Part shown: piece by piece, positions 21,923 through 29,869 of the stretch | Numbering within the stretch: the stretch's first letter is position 1 | Layout: each line of letters starts with the position of its first letter | Assembly (NCBI GenBank): GCA_046290225.1 | Contig: JBKAGE010000071.1 | Coordinates: 96,001-160,000, forward strand | Source: Bradymonadia bacterium | Lineage (GTDB): Bacteria > Myxococcota_A > Bradymonadia > UBA7976 > UBA1532 | Direction of reading: 5' to 3' | DNA: 64,000 bases | Notes under the pieces: model-generated | What the model saw: the letters and a program-made list of their open reading frames with translations, nothing else | Told to the model about the DNA's origin: nothing | Databases searched by the model: none | Made by a program: the position numbers and the translations under genes

Positions 21923-23278
21923 TTACTGCGCCGCAGGCAGGGCGCTCTGGTGTGGCCCGCTCACAGCGGTGTCGCTGATGTTGCCGGTGGAGCCCACCAC
22001 GTAGAGGTAGTAGTCCTCGTCGACGACGTTGTAGCGGTAGAAGTTGCTCGGCCACTCCTTGTAGAGCGACACCGTAGCGCTCAGCTTGGCGCCAGCAGGC
22101 ACGCGGGCCTGGATCCAGTCGACGCTGTCGCCGGAGACCGAGTTCAGCTCATGAGACTTGCCGTCGACCTCCACCCGAAGGGTCAAGTCGAAGTCGTTGA
22201 AGCTGTTGTAGTGGTGGTACCAGCCTGCGGCAGTCCACACCGTCGGGGCCCCGTAGCCCGTGAGGGCCGCGGCGCCGAGGATCTGCATCGCCTCGACGTA
22301 GGTGTAGCGGGCGTACTTGCTCACCACGAGCACCGTGACGAACTGCGTGTCGCCTGAGGTGAACTCGAAGGTGTCGGGGTTGCCGGTCTCGGAGGTGCCC
22401 TTCACCATGAACGAGGTGTCGTTGTCGCTCATCTGAGCAGCGAACTCTTCGGTGTAGGCCTCGAAGAGCTCGTAGGTGCGGACCTCACCGCCCTCTGCCC
22501 ACTCGACATCGACGGTGCGACAGACACCTGCCTCGTCGCTGCCCCAACACTCACCGCCGTCTTCTGCGAGGTACTGCCCGTGGTCGTCAGCCTTGTAGCC
22601 GTGACCTCCGATGGGGCCCAACGGGCCGAGGGGGCCCAGCGCGCCGAGGGGGCCCACAGGGCCGAGCACGCCCCAGACACCACCGGGGGCGAGGTGGGCG
22701 ATGAAGTCGCCTTCGGGCACGTCGTCGGCGTTGGGGTTCTCGGCCTTGAAGTCTTCCGCCTGAGCAGGCCACAGCTCAGTGTTCAAGGGGCCCTTGCTGC
22801 CCAGAGGGCCGTCGGCGGAGAGGGGGCCGCCATCGGCGTTGATGGTGCGAGCGAAATAGTCCCAACCGGCGCTGCCAGAGATGTATGAAGACGGGCTCCA
22901 GGCCTCACCGGCCGCAGGGCCCAGCAGGCCCAGAGGACCATACTCGCCGATGGGGCCGTAGTGGCCCAGAGCGCTCATGGGCTTGAGGTAGTCGCTCGCT
23001 TTGAGAGGATCACCGACGAAGAGCGCGTCGATGGCCGGCGCGACACCCTCGAGATCACCCTCGAGAGACTCCACCCGAGAAGCAGAGGTGTAGTACCAGC
23101 TGCCCCGAGCCTCGTCGGCCTTGCCGGGAATCCGGGGACCGGCGCTCTCGTGGTTGCCCTTGGCCTCGGCAGGGGCCTCTACAGGGGCCTCGTCGGAGGT
23201 GCCTTCCTCGGCTTCACCGGCACAACCGGAGAGCAGGAGGGCGGCACTGAGAGCGGCGCTGGTGGAGAGGTGCTTCAT
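21923..23278 (-). CDS. Lipoprotein with GKAD motif and Gly-X-Y (GPL) tracts
   Basis: MKHLSTSAALSAALLLSGC lipobox; PGKAD; GVLGPVGPLGALGPLGPLGPIGG. Confidence 0.85.
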   Translation of the reverse strand: MKHLSTSAALSAALLLSGCAGEAEEGTSDEAPVEAPAEAKGNHESAGPRIPGKADEARGSWYYTSASRVESLEGDLEGVAPAIDALFVGDPLKASDYLKPMSALGHYGPIGEYGPLGLLGPAAGEAWSPSSYISGSAGWDYFARTINADGGPLSADGPLGSKGPLNTELWPAQAEDFKAENPNADDVPEGDFIAHLAPGGVWGVLGPVGPLGALGPLGPLGPIGGHGYKADDHGQYLAEDGGECWGSDEAGVCRTVDVEWAEGGEVRTYELFEAYTEEFAAQMSDNDTSFMVKGTSETGNPDTFEFTSGDTQFVTVLVVSKYARYTYVEAMQILGAAALTGYGAPTVWTAAGWYHHYNSFNDFDLTLRVEVDGKSHELNSVSGDSVDWIQARVPAGAKLSATVSLYKEWPSNFYRYNVVDEDYYLYVVGSTGNISDTAVSGPHQSALPAAQ

Positions 23279-23493
23279 GGGATCCTCACGTGAGCGTGCG
23301 TGTTGGCGAGGTGTGTAGCAAATCACAGGCCATCAGAGAAGCTCTGAAACAGGCATGAAAACGGGCGTACTCGAGATGAAGGTGGTGACTCGTGTGGCCA
23401 GGGGTGGCTGGTCGATGCACCACCTGAGGGCAGGGCGTCATCCAGAGACAGCCTGGATGGAGCACGACGGGGTGAGTTCGTTACACTGAGCCC

Positions 23494-25353
23494 ATGACCG
23501 AGCTGATGATCTCCACGAGGGGCCCTGCCCGAGACGCCCTCACCCGTCACGTACCCACAGAGGCCGCGCTCCGCGCCCGCTTGCAGCGGTCCTGGTACGC
23601 CCTCTTTGCCCACCGAACACCTTTGAGCGCCATCGAGCGACACGCCATCGGCCCCCTGCTCGACCAGCGGGAGTGTCTGCTCGTTGCCGCTGGGGGCAAT
23701 GGCCGCCTCGAGGCCCTCGTCGCCGGGGCCTTCGAGCAGATCCCCCGAGCACTGCCCGGGGGGCCTCTGGCGCTGCTCATCTGCCCTGACAAGCCCACCA
23801 TGCGATCAGCGGCTCGACGCCTCACCGAGCCGGCCCGACGCATCGAGCTGCAGGTAGGCGTCTGGTCGGGACTGCAGGCCGAGCCGCCGAAGAAGAAGCA
23901 CGTGCTCGTCACCACGCTGCGCAGCCTCGACGCTCTGCTGACCCGACACCCGGCCACGCTCAAGCATTTGCAGTGGGCTCTGGTGGATCGGTTGAACCAG
24001 TTCGAGGGTCACGCCCGGGCCGATCAGCTCTCGGCGGTGCTCTACCGGCTGCGTAAAATCGCCGAGGCCGGTGGCGGTCATCTCACGGTGGCCATGGCCT
24101 CGGGATCCATCGCTGATCCTCAAGGGGCAGCCCGACGCCACCTCGTCGACGGCCAGGTGATTCAGGTGCCACCGAGCCGCCAGAGGGTGGATGTGCAGGC
24201 CACCCCCGCGCCGGATCTACGGACTGTGGTGAAGGCCCTCAAAGATGGTGGTGGTCGCACCATCGTATATGCCCCCTGTGCCCGTGAGTCAGAGCAGCTC
24301 GAGATGGCCCTCAAGGGCAAACCGCCCTTTGGCGATGCAGTCTATCTACGCCATGGGGGCACGGACGAGCGGGATGCAGCCAAAGCCCTGAGATCGTTCA
24401 CCGCCCGGCAGACCTCGGTCTTGATCACCACATTGCCCGTGGAAGACGACGTCGCTGAGAAGCTCGACCGGGTGGTGCAGTGGGGACCGCCTCCGGACGT
24501 GGCCACCCTCATGGCCCGCATCGGCCCCAAGGGCAGAGGCCCCGAAGACGACGATTTGCCCGTGATGTTGTTGCCACGATCGCTCTCCGAGGCGGTGCGC
24601 ATGGCGTTTCTCGTCGAGCGGGCCTCCATGGACGACTGGTGCGTCGATCCCTCGGGCTATCACCCCGGCACCATGCTGCAGCAGGCCTGCTCACTGGTGT
24701 TCCAGAACCCGCGGCGGCGGCTGACGGCCAAGGCGCTCAAGAGCCGCCTGCCGCCCTGGCAATCTGCCTGGTGGACCGAGGCAGACATCGAGTCGGTCCT
24801 TCGCCGAGGGCATCGGTGGTTCAAAGTGGATGGCGCAGGCGGATTCCTGCCCACTGATCGCTTGCTGGGCAGATTCGAGGCGGGCCGCATTCACGGCATC
24901 GCTACCCGCCCTGTGGCTACGCGGCAGAGCATGGCCGACGCTCAAGCCTATCTACGGTTCCTCGGCGTACCGCCTGGGGTCGGGGTGCTGATGCCCGGCC
25001 GCTGGGTGCACGGCCTGGGCACTGTGTACGGTCGCATCATCGCTCGGGCGCTGAGCGATCTCGGTGAGCAACGGGTCGACGGTCACGGTGGGATGGAGGT
25101 GCGGGCCTACGGGCGACCGCCGCCGCTCGACGTGCCCCGCATTCGCGGCGTGATCCGCCGTGAGGCGGACTGGCTCACCAAGATGACGGGTCAGGGGGTG
25201 GAGTTTTCATGGCTGCCTCCGGCGATGAAGGCTCGAGCGCTGGTGGAGACTGTCTCACCGGAGGCTGTGGCTGAGGCCTGGGCGCGGTTGGAGTGGAGGA
25301 GCCCTGATGAGAAGCTGGGGCAGAGGGTGAATGTGGCGCTGACTTGTCTCTGA
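23494..25353 (+). CDS. Lhr-like SF2 helicase homolog with degenerate ATPase motifs
   Basis: Motif order retained: LLICP, VLVTTLRSLDALL, RADQLSAVLYRL, HGG, VVQWGPPPDVATLMARIG; Walker A and B altered. Confidence 0.75.
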   Translation: MTELMISTRGPARDALTRHVPTEAALRARLQRSWYALFAHRTPLSAIERHAIGPLLDQRECLLVAAGGNGRLEALVAGAFEQIPRALPGGPLALLICPDKPTMRSAARRLTEPARRIELQVGVWSGLQAEPPKKKHVLVTTLRSLDALLTRHPATLKHLQWALVDRLNQFEGHARADQLSAVLYRLRKIAEAGGGHLTVAMASGSIADPQGAARRHLVDGQVIQVPPSRQRVDVQATPAPDLRTVVKALKDGGGRTIVYAPCARESEQLEMALKGKPPFGDAVYLRHGGTDERDAAKALRSFTARQTSVLITTLPVEDDVAEKLDRVVQWGPPPDVATLMARIGPKGRGPEDDDLPVMLLPRSLSEAVRMAFLVERASMDDWCVDPSGYHPGTMLQQACSLVFQNPRRRLTAKALKSRLPPWQSAWWTEADIESVLRRGHRWFKVDGAGGFLPTDRLLGRFEAGRIHGIATRPVATRQSMADAQAYLRFLGVPPGVGVLMPGRWVHGLGTVYGRIIARALSDLGEQRVDGHGGMEVRAYGRPPPLDVPRIRGVIRREADWLTKMTGQGVEFSWLPPAMKARALVETVSPEAVAEAWARLEWRSPDEKLGQRVNVALTCL

Positions 25354-25407
25354 TGGTGAGTGTGTTTGAGTTGTTTTGAGCTCATCTCAGTGATAGCGAC
25401 TCGCTGG

Positions 25408-25840
25408 CGCTCGCAGATCAGTTTTCGGGCACGGGCACGGGCACGGGCACGGGCACGAGTTTTACGGATGTGGGCAGTGCAGCCTGAGGCTGCATGTCTT
25501 GGAGCGAGTGGAGGGCGGCGCAGCCGGCCGGAGGGAGCGGAAAGACACCCGTAGGGCTGGCCACTGTTCAACCTGACTCGTGGTCCTTCCTGGGTTCAAG
25601 ACACAGGCTGCAATTGAAGCTGAGATGATGTGTTTCTGCACAACCTGAGAGTTCAGGTCTTGGGGTGTATGGAGGCCAAAACCTCCAATGAGAGACCTAT
25701 GGGGCTGAGTAAAGCCTCCGCCATCACAAACCCACGAGCGGAGTCATGCAGGGCCACAGGTCCAGGTATGTATCAACTCGTGCCCGTGCCCGTGCCCGTG
25801 CCCGTGCCCGTGCCCGTGCCCGAAAACTGATCTGCGAGCG
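25408..25840. repeat. Inverted-repeat element with (GGGCAC)5 and (GTGCCC)7 tracts
   Basis: CGCTCGCAGATCAGTTTTC(GGGCAC)5GAGTT at 25408-25461; reverse complement AACTC(GTGCCC)7GAAAACTGATCTGCGAGCG at 25775-25840; lies between convergent genes. Confidence 0.9.
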
Positions 25841-25883
25841 ACGCGAGCCCACCACCTGCATCACACTCACAGCGATTCGAGAT

Positions 25884-27905
25884 CTATTCCTGAATCAACT
25901 CGATGTTCGCCGGCGGCGTGGACCCCGCAGAGGGCGCTCGCCGAGTGCCCGTCGGAACATCATCGATGTCGAGCAGATCGATGTCGGGGTTCTTGGGTGG
26001 CTTTTTGCCCGAAGGCTTGCTCTGCGAAGAGGCAGATGGTCGGTTGTTGACCCCGAAGGTCCGTCCAGAAGGCTCGTCGAGCAGCTGCACATTGACAGCC
26101 TGGGCACCCGAAGGCGCGCTTTTGCCCTGTGTCGATGGCTCCACTGCACCCACCGCCGTTGTGGGCTTTGACGGTGTGACTTCGGGTGGATCTGCCTTGG
26201 GCGGATCTGCGGTGGGGGCGGCCAAGGCAGGCGAGACCGTCTCTTTGGGCAGCGACGTACGACGGCGGGGGCGTTTACGGCTGCGCACAGAACCGCGGTT
26301 GGCCTTGGGCACAGGGGGCTCGGCTGCTGCGGTCTTCGGTGTGTCCTTGGTGGTCGCACCGGTGGCTGGGCTCGTCGGCTCCAGGGTGATGCGCTTCGAC
26401 TCGACCTCTTGATCTCGGGTCAGCGTCAGCGGGACGACCTCGGTGACGTGGCCGTCGAGGGTGAGCTTGATGTTGTGCACGCCCACGGGGAGCTTGACGT
26501 TGATGGGGGTCTCGCCGAGGGGGGTGCCATCGTGGCTCACCTGGGCGCCGCTCGGCGTGCTCTGCAACTTCACGGTGACATAGGCCACCTCTGGCGCAGG
26601 GGCGTCGGGGATCTGCGCGCCCACGCGATGAACGACTGTGCCGGCGTCAGGCTGGAGCAACGCACCGAGGGCTGCGCCCTCACCAGCAAGTGGCTTCGAG
26701 GTGGGGCCTGCGAGCTCTTCTGCGCCTCGGGGCAGCTTCATCCAGATGACCAGCACGCCGAGCACGCACAGCGCCGCCAGAAGACCCCAAAGTAGACCTC
26801 GACGGCTCTCCCGAGGTGCAGGGAGCGCGTCCACCGTCTCGCCGGTGGCCTGCCACGGTGGGGCTGCAGGTGCCGGTGTGCCGCGCCACGAGGAAGACGA
26901 GTCGGGCTCGTCACCGCTGAAGACCCCCAGCGTGCGTCGGACCACCCTCAAGGCGGCCCGCATCTCCCGAGCAGACTGAAAGCGGCTGTCCGGATCTTTC
27001 GAGAGCGACTTCATCACCAGCGCCTCGAGGGCGTCGGGGAGCTCGACGTCGGCCCGCACGTCGGCGAAGGCCGGCGGCTTCTCGGTGAGGTGCATGCGGA
27101 ACAGATCGTGGTGCGACTTGCCTTCGAACGGCAGGCGGCCCGTGAGCATGCGATAGAAGACCACGCCGAGGGCATAGAGATCAGTTCGGGCGTCCACCTT
27201 GCCCAAGGCCACCTGCTCCGGGGCCATGTAATGCGGTGTACCGCAGACCTGGCGCTCCTGCGTGACCTCGTTGGCGTAGTCCACCGTGGGGGCGGGCTCT
27301 TCAGAGCCGTCTTCCGGGTTCTCGACGATGTATTTGGCGATGCCGAAGTCGAGGACCTTCACATAGTCCTCGTCTTCGTTGCGGTGCACGAGGAACAGGT
27401 TGCCTGGCTTGAGATCGCGATGCACCACCCGCTGCTTGTGGGCCGACTCGAGGGCCTTGAGCACCTGCTCGGTGATGTGGATCGCCCGGGGCAGGGGCAG
27501 CGCCCCGGACTGCTTGAGCACGCGATGCAGTGAGTACCCCTCGAGCATCTCCATGACCAGGAACAGCTGCCCTTCGGGGGTCTGACCATAGTCGTGCACG
27601 ATGGTGGCGTGCGGGTGGCTGATGTTCGAAGCGATCCGGGCGCCACGGGCGAAGCGCCCCGCCGCCGCTGGATCAGCAGGGGGGAGCACTTTGATCGCCA
27701 CCACCCGCTCTGTGGAACGCTGCCACGCCCGCCAGACCGAGCTGTTCATGCCACCGACGCCGATGAGCTCCTTGAGGATGTATCGATCAGCGAGGGTTTT
27801 GCCCGAGAGATCCTCCACCACCCGGCGTCCGTCCTGCGGGCAGCGTTCCACCGCCTCGGTGTACCGAGCGTGACATCGCGGACAAATCCAGGAGGTCTGA
27901 GTCAA
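25884..27905 (-). CDS. Hanks-type Ser/Thr protein kinase with N-terminal CxxC knuckle, TM helix and PEGA domain
   Basis: CPRC..CPQDG, VAIKVL, HRDLKPGN, DFG, GTPHYMAPE, TM LLWGLLAALCVLGVLVIW, PEGA-like STPSGAQV..DG..LGETP. Confidence 0.93.
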   Translation of the reverse strand: MTQTSWICPRCHARYTEAVERCPQDGRRVVEDLSGKTLADRYILKELIGVGGMNSSVWRAWQRSTERVVAIKVLPPADPAAAGRFARGARIASNISHPHATIVHDYGQTPEGQLFLVMEMLEGYSLHRVLKQSGALPLPRAIHITEQVLKALESAHKQRVVHRDLKPGNLFLVHRNEDEDYVKVLDFGIAKYIVENPEDGSEEPAPTVDYANEVTQERQVCGTPHYMAPEQVALGKVDARTDLYALGVVFYRMLTGRLPFEGKSHHDLFRMHLTEKPPAFADVRADVELPDALEALVMKSLSKDPDSRFQSAREMRAALRVVRRTLGVFSGDEPDSSSSWRGTPAPAAPPWQATGETVDALPAPRESRRGLLWGLLAALCVLGVLVIWMKLPRGAEELAGPTSKPLAGEGAALGALLQPDAGTVVHRVGAQIPDAPAPEVAYVTVKLQSTPSGAQVSHDGTPLGETPINVKLPVGVHNIKLTLDGHVTEVVPLTLTRDQEVESKRITLEPTSPATGATTKDTPKTAAAEPPVPKANRGSVRSRKRPRRRTSLPKETVSPALAAPTADPPKADPPEVTPSKPTTAVGAVEPSTQGKSAPSGAQAVNVQLLDEPSGRTFGVNNRPSASSQSKPSGKKPPKNPDIDLLDIDDVPTGTRRAPSAGSTPPANIELIQE

Positions 27906-27993
27906 AGCAGCTGTGCCTCAGCGGAGAAAGTGGAGATCTATAGTGCCGATTTTCGGCGCGATGGGCAATCGGCCACCCCCTGAAACGGGCCAG

Positions 27994-28986
27994 TCAGCGA
28001 TCGTCGATCCGCGCGATTTGCTCTCTGAGATCCTGAATTTCCCGCTGCCAGTACTGCAGGGTGCCGAAGTGGTTGAAGGTCTTCTTGAAGATCGGATCCG
28101 ACCACCGTCGGGCGATCCACGTGGAATAGTGCACGAAGCGCAGGGCCCGCAGCGGCTCGACGAGGGTGAGCCAGTGCTCGTTGAAGGGCCGCATCTCCTG
28201 GTAGGCCCCCACGAGATGATCGCGCTCTCGGGCGCCGTGGGCGTCGGCGCTCGCCGCCATCATCCAGATGTCCTGCACCGCGGGGCCCACACGGGCGTCG
28301 TCGAAGTCGAGGAACAAAGGCCCGTCGGGGGTCCAGAGCAGGTTGCTCAAGTGACAGTCACCGTGGATCCGGTGCACGGGGATCTCGTTGAACCGCCAGC
28401 GGATACGATCGAGCAGGGCCTTCACCGTGGCCACATAGTTGGCTCGGGCGTCGGGGTGAATGTGATCACCGCTCTCGAGGATGGCGAGGTTCTCGTCGCC
28501 ATAGGTCTCCACAGTGAGCGGAGGTCGGTGATGCATGGTGGACCGGGCGCCCACGTTGTGGATCCGGGCGATGAGGCGACCCAAGATGCCGTACTGCTCG
28601 ATGGTGGGCTCTTCGGGCGAGCGGCCGCCGACGCGGGGGAAGAGGGTGTAATAGATGCCCTCGACTTCGCCCACCGTGCTGCCGCCTTCGAGGGGGAGCG
28701 GGGCCGCCACGGGGATCTCTTCGGCCTGCAGCTCTTGCAGGAACTGGTGCTCTTCGAGGAGGGCCTCTCGGGACCAGCGCCCTGGCCGATAGAACTTGCC
28801 CACCACCCACGAGTCGTCTTCGAGCTGCAGCTGGTAGACCCGGTTCTCATAGCTGTTGAGGATGAGGAACCGCCCGGTGCAGCGGTGCCCGCCGGCCTCG
28901 ACGGCGTCGAGCACGCTCTCGGGGGTCAGCCGGTTGAAGCGCTCGCTGAGCGGGTGGAGGTCGAGGGGGTTTTCAGTGTCAGACAT
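27994..28986 (-). CDS. srkA: Stress-response kinase SrkA/RdoA (YihE)
   Basis: LNSYENRVYQ, KFYRPGRWS, IHGDCHLSN, DFDD, WIARRWSDPIF. Confidence 0.93.
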   Translation of the reverse strand: MSDTENPLDLHPLSERFNRLTPESVLDAVEAGGHRCTGRFLILNSYENRVYQLQLEDDSWVVGKFYRPGRWSREALLEEHQFLQELQAEEIPVAAPLPLEGGSTVGEVEGIYYTLFPRVGGRSPEEPTIEQYGILGRLIARIHNVGARSTMHHRPPLTVETYGDENLAILESGDHIHPDARANYVATVKALLDRIRWRFNEIPVHRIHGDCHLSNLLWTPDGPLFLDFDDARVGPAVQDIWMMAASADAHGARERDHLVGAYQEMRPFNEHWLTLVEPLRALRFVHYSTWIARRWSDPIFKKTFNHFGTLQYWQREIQDLREQIARIDDR

Positions 28987-29002
28987 GGTTGTCCTGAGGG
29001 TC

Positions 29003-29869
29003 TCAAAAGAGGGCGAGCATCTCATCGAACAGTGCCACACCGGTTTGGGTCCCTTCGACGGGGCTCACAGGTGCGCCTGGCCGATGGGCCTCGAACAGAT
29101 CGCGCACCGCCGCGGGCATGGCGTCGACCTTGAGCAGCAGCTCGGTGAAATAGTCGGGCTCGATCTGGTGCAGGGCCTTGCCGATGTGTCGGCCGGCCCC
29201 CATCCGGAGGGTCTCGCCATCGACCCGATCGCGGTACACCCAATACATCCAGGCGTCCCACTCGGCGCGGATGGCGTCGGCATACTGCCGCTGCTGAGCC
29301 ATGGCTGTGTCGAGATCGTCGGGGATGGCCCCTGCCTTGATCATGCGCATCAGCAGTCGCCCGGCGGCCACGGCGTCTGCCGTGGCGGAGTGTGCGTTGC
29401 GCAACTGCAGGCCATAGAAGCGACACAGGGCGTCGAGTCGGCGGCTGCGGTGGTGGCGATGGTGCCACCGTACAAAGACCACCGGGTCGAGTAGGGTGTC
29501 GAGGTCTAGTTGCTGGTCGTGGCCCACTCGGGTGAGCTCGCGGTTGACGATGCGGGCATCGAAGTCGAGACCGTTGTAGGCCACCACGATGGGGGGCTCG
29601 CCGTCATCGCCCCCATCGACGTGGTGCATCAGCCTCGGCGCAGCTTCGGCAAAGGCGGGCGCTGAGCGGACATGCTCGTCGTAGATGTGGTGCACCTGAG
29701 AGGCGCCCTGGGGGATCGACTGTTCGGGGTTCACCAGCATACGGCGGGTGTCGACGGGCTCACCATGGCGAAACCACGCCGCCCCGAGTTCGATGATGCG
29801 ATCGGTCTCCGGGTCGACGCCGGTGGTCTCGATGTCGAAGATGAAGAGCGGGCCGGTGGAGAGCAACAT
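29003..29869 (-). CDS. DEDDh 3'-5' exonuclease (DnaQ-like)
   Basis: DIETTG, AYNGLDFD, AHSATADA. Confidence 0.9.
   Translation of the reverse strand: MLLSTGPLFIFDIETTGVDPETDRIIELGAAWFRHGEPVDTRRMLVNPEQSIPQGASQVHHIYDEHVRSAPAFAEAAPRLMHHVDGGDDGEPPIVVAYNGLDFDARIVNRELTRVGHDQQLDLDTLLDPVVFVRWHHRHHRSRRLDALCRFYGLQLRNAHSATADAVAAGRLLMRMIKAGAIPDDLDTAMAQQRQYADAIRAEWDAWMYWVYRDRVDGETLRMGAGRHIGKALHQIEPDYFTELLLKVDAMPAAVRDLFEAHRPGAPVSPVEGTQTGVALFDEMLALF

Noticed and set aside
25630..26171. ORFs with VPVPVP or ARARAR tracts
   Set aside because: Read-through of the hexamer microsatellite
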